Assembly: GCA_963793475.1 (NCBI GenBank)
Contig: CAWCAL010000006.1
Location: 98,610 to 162,609, forward strand
Origin: an uncultured Acidimicrobiales bacterium
GTDB taxonomy: Bacteria; Actinomycetota; Acidimicrobiia; Acidimicrobiales; CAWCAL01
Direction: 5' to 3'
DNA length: 64,000 nt
Positions 31,697-39,708 of the stretch are shown one piece after another. The notes beneath the pieces are model-generated. The model did not search any database. It was not told the DNA's origin and saw nothing but the letters and a program-made list of their open reading frames with translations. The stretch's first letter is position 1. Each line of letters begins with the position of its first letter. The position numbers were made by a program, and so were the translations under genes.

Positions 31697-32652
31697 CGGA
31701 CGTCCTGCGGACCGGTGGTGATCTCGATCGCGCGGAGGCGAGCACTGCTGGCGCGCGGATTCTCCGCCTGCTCCTCGGCGGAGGGCACGACCACCCCACG
31801 GTGGACCAGATCGGCCGGCGGTGCCTCGGGTTCGACCGGGAGCCCGGCCGGCTGGGGACGGGGAGCCGACCACGAACGGAACAGCTCCTTGGCGATCCGG
31901 TCCTCGCCGCTGTGGTAGCTCAGCACCACACACCGGCCACCGGGGACGAGTCGGTGCAACACGGCGTCCAGTGCGGTGCGGAGCACGGGAAGCTCCTGGT
32001 TGACCTCCAGGCGGATCGCCTGGAAGGTCCGGCGAGCAGGATGGCCCCCCTCGCGTCGGGCCGGTACGGGAATCGCATCCCGGACGATGTCGGCCAGTCG
32101 CTTGGTCGACGTGATGGGCCGGCCGCGCTCGATCGCCCGTGCCACCCGCCCGGCGTAGCGCTCGTCGCTGTACTCGGCGATCAGCCGGGCCAGATCCTCG
32201 GTCGGGTAGGTGTTGACCACGGTTGCGGCGTCGAGGGTCTGTCGAGCGTCCATCCGCATGTCGAGCGGACCGTCGTGGCGGTAGCTGAATCCCCGGTCGG
32301 CCGAGTCCAGCTGCGGCGACGAGACGCCGAGATCGAACAGAGCGCCCACCAGCCTGGCGTCGGGGCGATCGTCGAGCAGTCGGGGAATCTCGTCGAACCG
32401 GGCATGGACGACCTCAGCACGATCGCCGAACCGTCGCAGTCGCTCGCGCGCTGCCGCCACGGCGGTGGCGTCTCGATCGAGGCCCAGGAGTCGGAGCTGC
32501 GGATGGCTGCTGAGCAACGATGCGGCATGACCGCCGCCCCCGACGGTGGCATCGACGACGAGCCCGGACGGAATCGGACCGAAGAGATCGTTCACCTCGG
32601 CGGCAAGCACGGGCAGGTGGCGAAAGGCGTCTGCGCCCGCGCTCGTCGTCAT
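31693..32652 (-). CDS. rsmH: 16S rRNA m4C1402 methyltransferase RsmH (MraW)
   Basis: HLPVL, VDATVGGGGH, DLGVSSPQLD, RGFSY, LDMRMD, FQAIRLEVNQEL, SYHSGEDR, NPRASSARLR. The start is uncertain (32652, 32664 or further upstream). Confidence 0.98.
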   Translation of the reverse strand: MTTSAGADAFRHLPVLAAEVNDLFGPIPSGLVVDATVGGGGHAASLLSSHPQLRLLGLDRDATAVAAARERLRRFGDRAEVVHARFDEIPRLLDDRPDARLVGALFDLGVSSPQLDSADRGFSYRHDGPLDMRMDARQTLDAATVVNTYPTEDLARLIAEYSDERYAGRVARAIERGRPITSTKRLADIVRDAIPVPARREGGHPARRTFQAIRLEVNQELPVLRTALDAVLHRLVPGGRCVVLSYHSGEDRIAKELFRSWSAPRPQPAGLPVEPEAPPADLVHRGVVVPSAEEQAENPRASSARLRAIEITTGPQDVR

Positions 32653-32707
32653 CGTTGCCCCCATGGCGGCCGATCCGTTCGTTGTCAGGCCGCGTGGAGT
32701 CGGGGCT

Positions 32708-32846
32708 GTCCCCATCGCTCATCTGCAGCCTCCCGACCAGCGGACGCACGTCGGGATGTCTCCCCGAGCGGGCTGGATGGGAAGCGGGCGGAGTAGGGGC
32801 CTTCCATCTCGCTGGCCGGAAGGCTGCACATGAGCGATGTAGGGAC
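32708..32846 (-). ncRNA. Structured cis-RNA between mraZ and rsmH (position of the actinobacterial mraW RNA motif)
   Basis: 30-nt arms at 32713-32742 and 32810-32839 are complementary at 27/30 positions. Two of the three differences are G-U wobbles only on the mRNA strand. Two internal hairpins are enclosed. Confidence 0.75.
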
Positions 32847-32878
32847 GGTTCGATTCCTTTGCGGTGTGGCTGAGTGAC

Positions 32879-33292
32879 TCACAGGGCCAGGGCCTCGAAG
32901 GCCGAGGCCACCGCGGCCGTGTCTTCCTGTTCCTGCCAGGCCCCGGGAGCGAAGATCTCGACCCGGGTGTTGCGACCGATCAGCACGGCTTCACGATCGA
33001 GGTGGGCACTGTCCCGCAGTCGGTTCGGCAGCGTGATGCGACCTTGCGCATCGACGCTGACGTCCTCTGCGAAGCTGAAGAAGTTCCGCGGGACCGCTTG
33101 GTCCAGCTTGCCTTCCTGTGCCAGCTCCTCGAGCCGTTGGGCCATCTGTTCGAATCCCTCCGGAGTCCACAGGCCCAGGCAGGTCCGCATGGTGGACACG
33201 TATCCGCCGTCGGACAGGCGACTCCGGAACTTCGGGGGAAGGGCGAGCCTTCCCTTTGCGTCGATCGTGCGATCGAACGTTCCGACGAACAT
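32879..33292 (-). CDS. mraZ: Transcriptional regulator MraZ
   Basis: MFVGTFDRTIDAKGRLALPPKFR, DAQGRITLP, LIGRNTRVEIF; first gene of the dcw cluster. Confidence 0.97.
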   Translation of the reverse strand: MFVGTFDRTIDAKGRLALPPKFRSRLSDGGYVSTMRTCLGLWTPEGFEQMAQRLEELAQEGKLDQAVPRNFFSFAEDVSVDAQGRITLPNRLRDSAHLDREAVLIGRNTRVEIFAPGAWQEQEDTAAVASAFEALAL

Positions 33293-33367
33293 GGCCTGTC
33301 TTTCCGGCATCGCGTGGCCTGCGGTGCCCGTTCCCGTCGAGGACCCCTCGTCCTGACGTTCACGTTG

Positions 33368-33432
33368 CCGCCACTATTCCCCACTTCTCCCCACTTGTCA
33401 ACCCTCGTGCCCCTTTTTCCCCACATTTCCCC
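33368..33432 (-). promoter_or_regulatory. dcw promoter with MraZ-box direct repeats
   Basis: GTGG(GGA) units at exact 10-bp period (plus-strand CCAC at 33371, 33381, 33391, 33421). They overlap a perfect TTGACA (33401-33396) and AATAGT 17 nt downstream. Confidence 0.8.
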
Positions 33433-33460
33433 GATGAGGGTGCCAGCACAGGGAAACCGG

Positions 33461-33769
33461 CGCAAGGCTGCGGAGCCGCCAGGCGCAGCAGCACCACCCG
33501 TGACACCCGGATGGCGAAGCCAGGCCGGCGGATTATCGCCGGCCAAAAAGAGACCGCCTCGCAAGGCTGCGGAGCCGCCAGGCGCAGCAGCACCACCCAT
33601 GACACCCGGATGGCGAAGCCAGGCCGGCGGATTATCGCCGGCCAAAAAGAGACCGCCTCGCAAGGCTGCGGAGCCGCCAGGCGCAGCAGCACCACCCGTG
33701 ACACCCGGATGGCGAAGCCAGGCCGGCGGATTATCGCCGGCCAAAAAGAGACCGCTCCGCAGCCTTGCG
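33461..33769. repeat. 3 x 99-bp tandem repeat bounded by 16-bp terminal inverted repeats (MITE/REP-like)
   Basis: Units start at 33461, 33560 and 33659, with one substitution in unit 2. CGCAAGGCTGCGGAGC (33461-33476) is mirrored at 33754-33769. Confidence 0.9.
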
Positions 33770-33773
33770 TCTT

Positions 33774-34418
33774 CTAGGGCAGGTTCCCCACTACGGCGTC
33801 GAGGAGGCCGGGCTCGGGGACGGTTGTGATGGCGTCGCGGATGGCGGTCAGATCGGCCTCGGGGACCTCGAAGGGCTCGGCGTAGCGGGTGGTGACGTCG
33901 CGGTGCAGGACGGCGACACCGAACCGGCTCCAGTGGCGCGTCCGGCGCTGGCTCATCCCGACCACCTTCCGATGGCCCAGCAGGAGCTCACCAGGTCCGA
34001 GCCCGGCGAAACAGATCGTGCGGCCCCATGGTCCGGGTACGGCCGGACCGTCGACGACCGTCGGGGTCTGCCCCAGGTCGGTCAACGCCTGCGCCACGAC
34101 CCGGCCCAGCCAGTCGAACGATCGGCTCAGGTCGTCCTGCCAGAGCGCATCACCCCGCGGCACGACGAGCTCGAGCCACGTGAGCCCGCCCGGCTCGATC
34201 CAGACCGCCCCTCCCCCGCTCCGCCGGCGGTGCACCGGTACGCCGGCCGGCGGAGCGACGGGCGGGGGTTGCGAGCTGCCCAACACCAACGCCCGGTCGG
34301 TCGGCGTGCAGGCGAGGAGCCGTCGCCCCGACTCGAGGTGCCGCGGGTCGTCCGTCGCCGCCAGGAGCTCCGCGACGGAACCCTGGATCGATCGAACGGA
34401 CCAGGACGCGTCGGGCAA
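33774..34418 (-). CDS. Lipoate-protein ligase A family (BPL/LplA/LipB) protein
   Basis: ALVLGSSQ, RRRSGGGAVW, CFAGLGPGE, RKVVGMSQRR. Confidence 0.88.
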   Translation of the reverse strand: MPDASWSVRSIQGSVAELLAATDDPRHLESGRRLLACTPTDRALVLGSSQPPPVAPPAGVPVHRRRSGGGAVWIEPGGLTWLELVVPRGDALWQDDLSRSFDWLGRVVAQALTDLGQTPTVVDGPAVPGPWGRTICFAGLGPGELLLGHRKVVGMSQRRTRHWSRFGVAVLHRDVTTRYAEPFEVPEADLTAIRDAITTVPEPGLLDAVVGNLP

Positions 34419-34423
34419 CGAGG

Positions 34424-34925
34424 TCAGGCCGATTGCGCCAGGTACGGCTCCCAGTGCTCCGGCACGCGGCGACGACGCTGCGACGCGCACCCAGCTCAGG
34501 CGATCCGGTTCCCGGGGCTCGACCCGGAGCCGCATCGTCGTCTCGTCGAGCATGCGATCCCGCTTCTGCGAGTTGCACCGCCGACACGCAGCCACCACGT
34601 TGCGCCACGAATGGGTGCCGCCCCGACTGCGGGGGACGACGTGGTCGATGCTCTCGGCGGGACGGCTGCAGTACTGACACCGGTGACCGTCCCTGAGGAA
34701 CACGGCCCGGCGGGTCAGCGGTGCGCGCCGCCGGAAGGGAACCCGCACGAAGTAGCGCAGGCGCACGACCGACGGCACCGCGATGGTGAGCTGTTCGCTG
34801 TGCAGCAGGGTGTCGGTCTCGTGGATGATGTCGGCCTTCTGCCCCAGGACCAGCACGACCGCGCGCCGCTCACTGACGACGCACAGCGGTTCGTAGGTGG
34901 CGTTGAGCACGAGGGCGCGACTCAT
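34424..34925 (-). CDS. HNH endonuclease (McrA-like, common actinobacterial type; frameshift near 34465)
   Basis: MSRALVLNATYEPL, VPSVVRL, RDGHRCQYC, SIDHVVPRSRGG, WRNVVAACRRCN. The expected tail VPEHWEPYLAQSA* lies in a shifted frame. Confidence 0.92.
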
Positions 34926-34953
34926 GGCGCACGAGAGTATCCGCCGAGGCTGG

Positions 34954-35220
34954 TCACGGGCCGCGAAAATGCCGTCGGGGCTCCAGATGTGGCTCGATCG
35001 ACCGGCACCACTCGAGGTAGGTGACCAGGTCGCGGCCGTCGACGGCACGGTCCGCGTCCCCGTACATGGTGACCGAGCGGAAGCGGGCGTACGCCGGGTC
35101 GGGCCGAGGGAGGAACGGAGGCCGTCGCCATGCGCCCGGCCGGCTCATGCGGGACAACTGACGGAGCGCAGTCGGCCAGAGGTCCGGTCGCAGCAGCAGC
35201 GACCGCACGGCACGGATCAC
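34954..35220 (-). CDS. Hypothetical protein
   Basis: 88-aa ORF whose GTG overlaps the acyl-CoA dehydrogenase stop; contains WRRPPFLPRPDPAYARFR..MYG..DLVTYLEWC. Confidence 0.7.
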   Translation of the reverse strand: MIRAVRSLLLRPDLWPTALRQLSRMSRPGAWRRPPFLPRPDPAYARFRSVTMYGDADRAVDGRDLVTYLEWCRSIEPHLEPRRHFRGP

Positions 35221-36473
35221 GAGCGGCTCTGCTCTTCCTTCCAGGTGAGCCGCTCGCCGCGGGGCTCCTTGGGAAGTCCCAGGACCATCTCACCCAGGAT
35301 GTTGCGTTGCACCTGGGAGCTCCCGGCGTAGATCGTGCCGGCCCTGGCATTGAGGAAGGTTCCGACCCAGGAGGCCGAGCCGAGCGGGTCGGTCCCCGGG
35401 TCGTCGGTCTGGAACGAGTTGGACGGCTCGCGCCCGGTCGGCACCATGCCGACCGGTCCCAGGATGTCCATGGCGAGCTCGGTGGCGACCTTGTGGTACT
35501 CGCTCCAGTACAGCTTGGTGATGGCGGCGTCGGGACCGGGATGCTGGCCGGCCAGGAAGTCGGTGAGGGCCCGCATTCCCAGGTATCGCATGATCTCGAC
35601 CCTGATGTGGCAGTCGGCCAGCCGCTGGCGGATCACGGGGTCGCGATCGGCGCCGGTGGACTCGGCCAGCGCCAGCAGACGGTCCAGCTCCTCACGGAAC
35701 ATGACGGGGACGACGGCGGCGGCCTCCCCCCTCTCGTAGCCCAGCAGGGTCATGGCGACGGCCCATCCGCCGTTCACCTCGCCGATCACGTTGCTCTTGT
35801 CGCAGCGTGCGTCGGTGAAGAACACCTCGTTGAACTCGGAGTCACCGGAGAGCATCTCGATGGGCCGCACCTCGACGCCGGGCTGGTCCATCGGGCAGAG
35901 CAGGAACGTGATCCCCTTGTGCTTGACCGCGTCGGGATCGGTCCGGCAGAGGACGAAGATCCAGTTGGCCATCTGCGCCGCCGACGTCCAGATCTTCTGA
36001 CCGTTGATGATCCACTCGTCGCCGTCGAGTTCGGCCTTGCAGCCCAACCCACCCAGATCGGACCCGGCGTTGGGCTCGCTGTAGCCCTGGCACCAGACGT
36101 CCTCGCCGGAGAGGATCCGCGGGAGGAAGTGGGCCCGCTGTTCTTCGGTTCCCCACTGCAGGATCGTGTTGCCGATCATCCCGATCGAGAACGCATCGTT
36201 GGTGCCGCCGGTGGGGACGCCGGACCGGTAGAACTCCTCGGCCAGGACGACCTGTTCGGTCGAGGACAGTCCGCCACCGCCGTACTCGGCCGGCCAGGCC
36301 GGCGCCAGCATGCGGTTCTCGAAGAGGGTGACCCGCCATTCGTTGACGAACGTCAACAGGGCGTCACCCTCGAGTGACCCGATTCCGGCCCAGCCGGCTG
36401 GGAGGTGCTCGGCCAGGAACGCCTGCACCTTCTCTCGGAACTGCTCGGCTTCGGGGCTCGCGACGGGGTGCAT
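35217..36473 (-). CDS. Acyl-CoA dehydrogenase (FadE family)
   Basis: WPAEYGG, WCQGYSEPNAGSDL, INGQKIWTS, FNEVFF, TIYAGSSQVQRNI. TACGAT lies 6 nt before the ATG. Confidence 0.96.
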   Translation of the reverse strand: MHPVASPEAEQFREKVQAFLAEHLPAGWAGIGSLEGDALLTFVNEWRVTLFENRMLAPAWPAEYGGGGLSSTEQVVLAEEFYRSGVPTGGTNDAFSIGMIGNTILQWGTEEQRAHFLPRILSGEDVWCQGYSEPNAGSDLGGLGCKAELDGDEWIINGQKIWTSAAQMANWIFVLCRTDPDAVKHKGITFLLCPMDQPGVEVRPIEMLSGDSEFNEVFFTDARCDKSNVIGEVNGGWAVAMTLLGYERGEAAAVVPVMFREELDRLLALAESTGADRDPVIRQRLADCHIRVEIMRYLGMRALTDFLAGQHPGPDAAITKLYWSEYHKVATELAMDILGPVGMVPTGREPSNSFQTDDPGTDPLGSASWVGTFLNARAGTIYAGSSQVQRNILGEMVLGLPKEPRGERLTWKEEQSRS

Positions 36474-36506
36474 GATGTCATCGTACGGTCGCCGCAGCGG
36501 ATCGAG

Positions 36507-37401
36507 CTACGTCTGCTCCGCTCCCCAGGCCAGCGGGTCGAAACCCCGGCCCCGGAACCCGACCGCGGCCGCTCCGACGAGGGGCCCCTCGTCGCCCAGC
36601 CCGGCCCGGACGATCCTGGTTCCCCGGGAGTGATCGAGGTCGGCGACGCGGTCGATCTCGGCTTGCGCGGCGGCGAAGAACGGCGCTCCGAATCCGAGGG
36701 CCACCGATCCCGCCACCACGGCGAGGCGCAGATCGAGCAGGTTCGCGACCGACCCCACGGCCCGACCGACCAGGCGGCCGGTTCGCTCGACCACCTCCGC
36801 CGACGCGTCCTGCGCCGGAACGCCCGTGATGGCGGCGATGGCGGTTCCCGATGCCTCGGCCTCGAGCACGCCCGGCACGTGGTCCGGAAGGGCGAAGCCG
36901 TCGGGTTCCACGACGACGTGTCCGATGTGACCGGCGTTGCCGGTCTCACCCTCGAGCAGCTTCCCGTCCAGGACGATCCCACCGCCGACTCCGGTCGACA
37001 CGACCATGGCGATGAAGTTGGCCACCCCTGCGGCCGCTCCCAACCAACCCTCGCCCAGAGCAAACGCCTTGGCGTCGTTGTCGACGTGGACCTCGACGCC
37101 CAGCAGCTCGTGCAGGCGGGCCCGCAAGGGAAACCGACGCCACTGCGGGATGTTCAATGGCGACACCAGCTCGCCGCCCGGGGTCATCGGACCCCCGCAT
37201 CCGACGCCACAGACGGTGATCGGGGCACGCCCCCGGTCACCGATGACCTCGACGACCCGTCCGTAGAGGGCCTCGGCGTCATCGCCGCCGGTCTGCGACC
37301 CGTTGCCTGCGGGTGACCGTGCCGTCGCCGGTCCACCAGCGCCGCTTCGATCTTCGTTCCGCCGACGTCGACGGCGAGGGCGATCTCGGGCGACCGGGCA
37401 T
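36507..37401 (-). CDS. ROK family sugar kinase (frameshifted near the N-terminus)
   Basis: LAVDVGGTK, GVGCGGP, VDNDAKAFALGE, VSTGVGGG, NAGHIGH. Confidence 0.9.
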
Positions 37402-37519
37402 CGGCGTTTCGAGCCGATCCGGCCGCCCGACCCGACACGGCCGGCATGTCGTGGTCGATGCGGTGGCTGTCTCCGAACCCCGGCTCCATACGCTGGTCCC
37501 ACCGCGAGGCAGGAGGCCC

Positions 37520-38498
37520 ATGACAGCAGAAGCCACGGACCGTCCACCGGCCACGTTCTCCGACCTCTTCGACGCCGTCGCCGACAACGTCGCCGCGGTC
37601 GATCCAGGGCAAGCGGGACGTCATCGAGCTGATCGTGCTCTGCATGGTCGCCCAGGGCCACCTCTTGATCGAGGACGTCCCCGGCGTGGGCAAGACCAGC
37701 CTGGCCAAGGCGCTGTCCCGTCGGTCGACGCTTCGTTCGGCCGCATCCAGTTCACGCCCGATCTCCTCCCCGGCGACGTGATCGGCGTCACGGTGTGGAA
37801 CCGGCACGACAGCAGTTTCGAGTTCCGCCCCGGGCCGATCTTCGCCAATATCGTGCTCGCCGACGAGATCAATCGAGCCTCGCCGAAGACGCAAGCCGCC
37901 CTTCTCGAGTCGATGGCCGAACGCCAGGTCACCACCGACGGCCAGACCACCCTGCTGCCGGAACCCTTCATGGTCATCGCCACCCAGAATCCGATCGAGC
38001 ACGAGGGGACCTATCCCCTCCCCGAGAGCCAGCTGGACCGCTTTCTCATGCGGATCTCGGTCGGGTACCCGAGCCGCTCGGCCGAGCTGGACATCCTGCG
38101 TACCCACGGCGACCACTCGACCCTGGACGATCTCACACCGATCATCGACCGTTCGGCGGTGCAGGCCATGGCCGACGCAGCCCGCCGCGTCCACGCGTCC
38201 GAGCCGGTGCAGCAGTACATCGTCGATCTCGCCGACGCCAGCCGCCGCCACCCGCAGCTTGCGCTGGGAATCTCGCCCCGGGCCTCGCTCAACCTGCAAC
38301 GGGTCGGTCGAGCGCCGCGCCGCCCGCGCCGGTCGCGACTTCGTCCTTCCGGATGACATCAAGGCGGTGGCCGGTCCGGTGCTCAGCCATCGCCTCCTCG
38401 TGCGTCCCGAGGCCCAGCTCTCCGGCGTTTCCGCTTCGTCCGTGCTCGAGGACATCCTCCGGCAGGTCCCGGTTCCCGCCGGACCGAGCTCCTCTTGA
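37520..38498 (+). CDS. MoxR family AAA+ ATPase (frameshifted)
   Basis: RBS AGGAGG; [65 protein letters not shown]. Confidence 0.95.
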
Positions 38499-38523
38499 GC
38501 ACCGCACCGAAGCCGCTGGCGCC

Positions 38524-39708
38524 GTGACCCGGGCCGGCTGGGGGGCGGTGCTGCTGGGCGTCGGTCTGGTCGCCGTGGGTCGGGTCTTCGCACTCCTCGA
38601 GATCACCGTCGTCGGTCTCGCGCTGCTCGGCCTCATCGTCGTGACGCTGCTCGCCGGCGTTCGATCCCGGCCCCATCTCCAGATCGCCCGCACCGTCCAG
38701 CCCGACCGTGTGCACGTCGGCGATACCAGCGAGGTGTCGGTCGAGATCGTCAACACCGGTCGGCACGCCACGCCCGTCCTCCGGGTCGTCGACGTGGTCG
38801 AAGGCGCCGGTGATGCGTCCGTCCGTCTCGCCCCGCTGGCGCCGGGAACGCGCTCTCGAGCGGTCTATCGCCTCCCGACGGATCGTCGCGGCCTCATCAC
38901 CGTCGGACCGCTCGAGGTCGGCCACGGGGATCCGTTCGGTCTCACCTGGCGCCGCCGCACGACGGCCGGGACCGACCTCCTCACGGTGCTGCCCCGGGTC
39001 GACGATCTCGAGCGGGTCCCGGCCACCAGCGGACACGACCCGTTGTCGGGTCGCGACCACCGCCACCGCCTCGGCGGGGTGGGGGACGACCTCTACGCCC
39101 TACGACCGTACGTTCCCGGTGACGATCTTCGCCGAGTCAGCTGGAGGGCCACCGCACGCCGCGACGAACTGATCGTTCGCCAGGACGAGCTGCCGTGGCA
39201 GCGGCGAACGACCGTGTTGCTCGACACCCGTTCCGAGACCATGGACGGCGACGTCTTCGAACGAGCGGTGAGCGCAGCCGCCAGCGTCATCCATCGGCAG
39301 CAGGACGACCTGGTCCGCCTGGTCAGCCCCGACGGCTACGACACCGGTTTCGTGGCCGGTCGCGTGGCCATCACCGCCATGATGGAGTATCTCGCCGTCG
39401 TCACCCCCGTCCCCCGCCGTAGCCTGCGTGGGCTGACCGAGCGCCTCGGCCAATCGCAGGGCGGCGGCACGCTGGTGCTCATCGCCCGGCTGAGGGCTCA
39501 GGAACTGGATCTGCCGGCGCGACTTCGCAGCCGATTCGGAGCGGTCCGGCCCGTCATCTTCCTGGAACCCGGCGACGACCCCGGTCCGATCGGCGCCGAC
39601 CCCGACGCGGTGGTCGTCGAGCCGTTCGGATCGTTCGCCACCGCCTGGGGTCGCGCCGTCGAGGCCGCGTCGACCCGGGGGGGCCGTTCGACGGCGTTCT
39701 CGCCATGA
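38524..39708 (+). CDS. DUF58 (VWA-like) MoxR partner protein
   Basis: N-terminal TM segments, RRGLITVGP, DPFGL, LRPYVPGDDLRRVSWRATAR, FERAVSAAAS. Confidence 0.93.
   Translation: MTRAGWGAVLLGVGLVAVGRVFALLEITVVGLALLGLIVVTLLAGVRSRPHLQIARTVQPDRVHVGDTSEVSVEIVNTGRHATPVLRVVDVVEGAGDASVRLAPLAPGTRSRAVYRLPTDRRGLITVGPLEVGHGDPFGLTWRRRTTAGTDLLTVLPRVDDLERVPATSGHDPLSGRDHRHRLGGVGDDLYALRPYVPGDDLRRVSWRATARRDELIVRQDELPWQRRTTVLLDTRSETMDGDVFERAVSAAASVIHRQQDDLVRLVSPDGYDTGFVAGRVAITAMMEYLAVVTPVPRRSLRGLTERLGQSQGGGTLVLIARLRAQELDLPARLRSRFGAVRPVIFLEPGDDPGPIGADPDAVVVEPFGSFATAWGRAVEAASTRGGRSTAFSP

Noticed and set aside
33461-33769. CRISPR array or repeat-protein gene
   Set aside because: The units are contiguous and near-identical with no unique spacers and no cas genes. 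ORFs cross it in several frames only because 99 is a multiple of 3 and GC is high.
34424-34925. HNH gene as a defence system or homing element
   Set aside because: It is a stand-alone common actinobacterial HNH type with no methylase, intron, intein or mobile context.
33774-35048. Apparent 424-aa HNH endonuclease / lipoate-ligase fusion
   Set aside because: The expected HNH C-terminus VPEHWEPYLAQSA* with its own stop (34424-34426) lies in a shifted frame, so a single indel creates the fusion.
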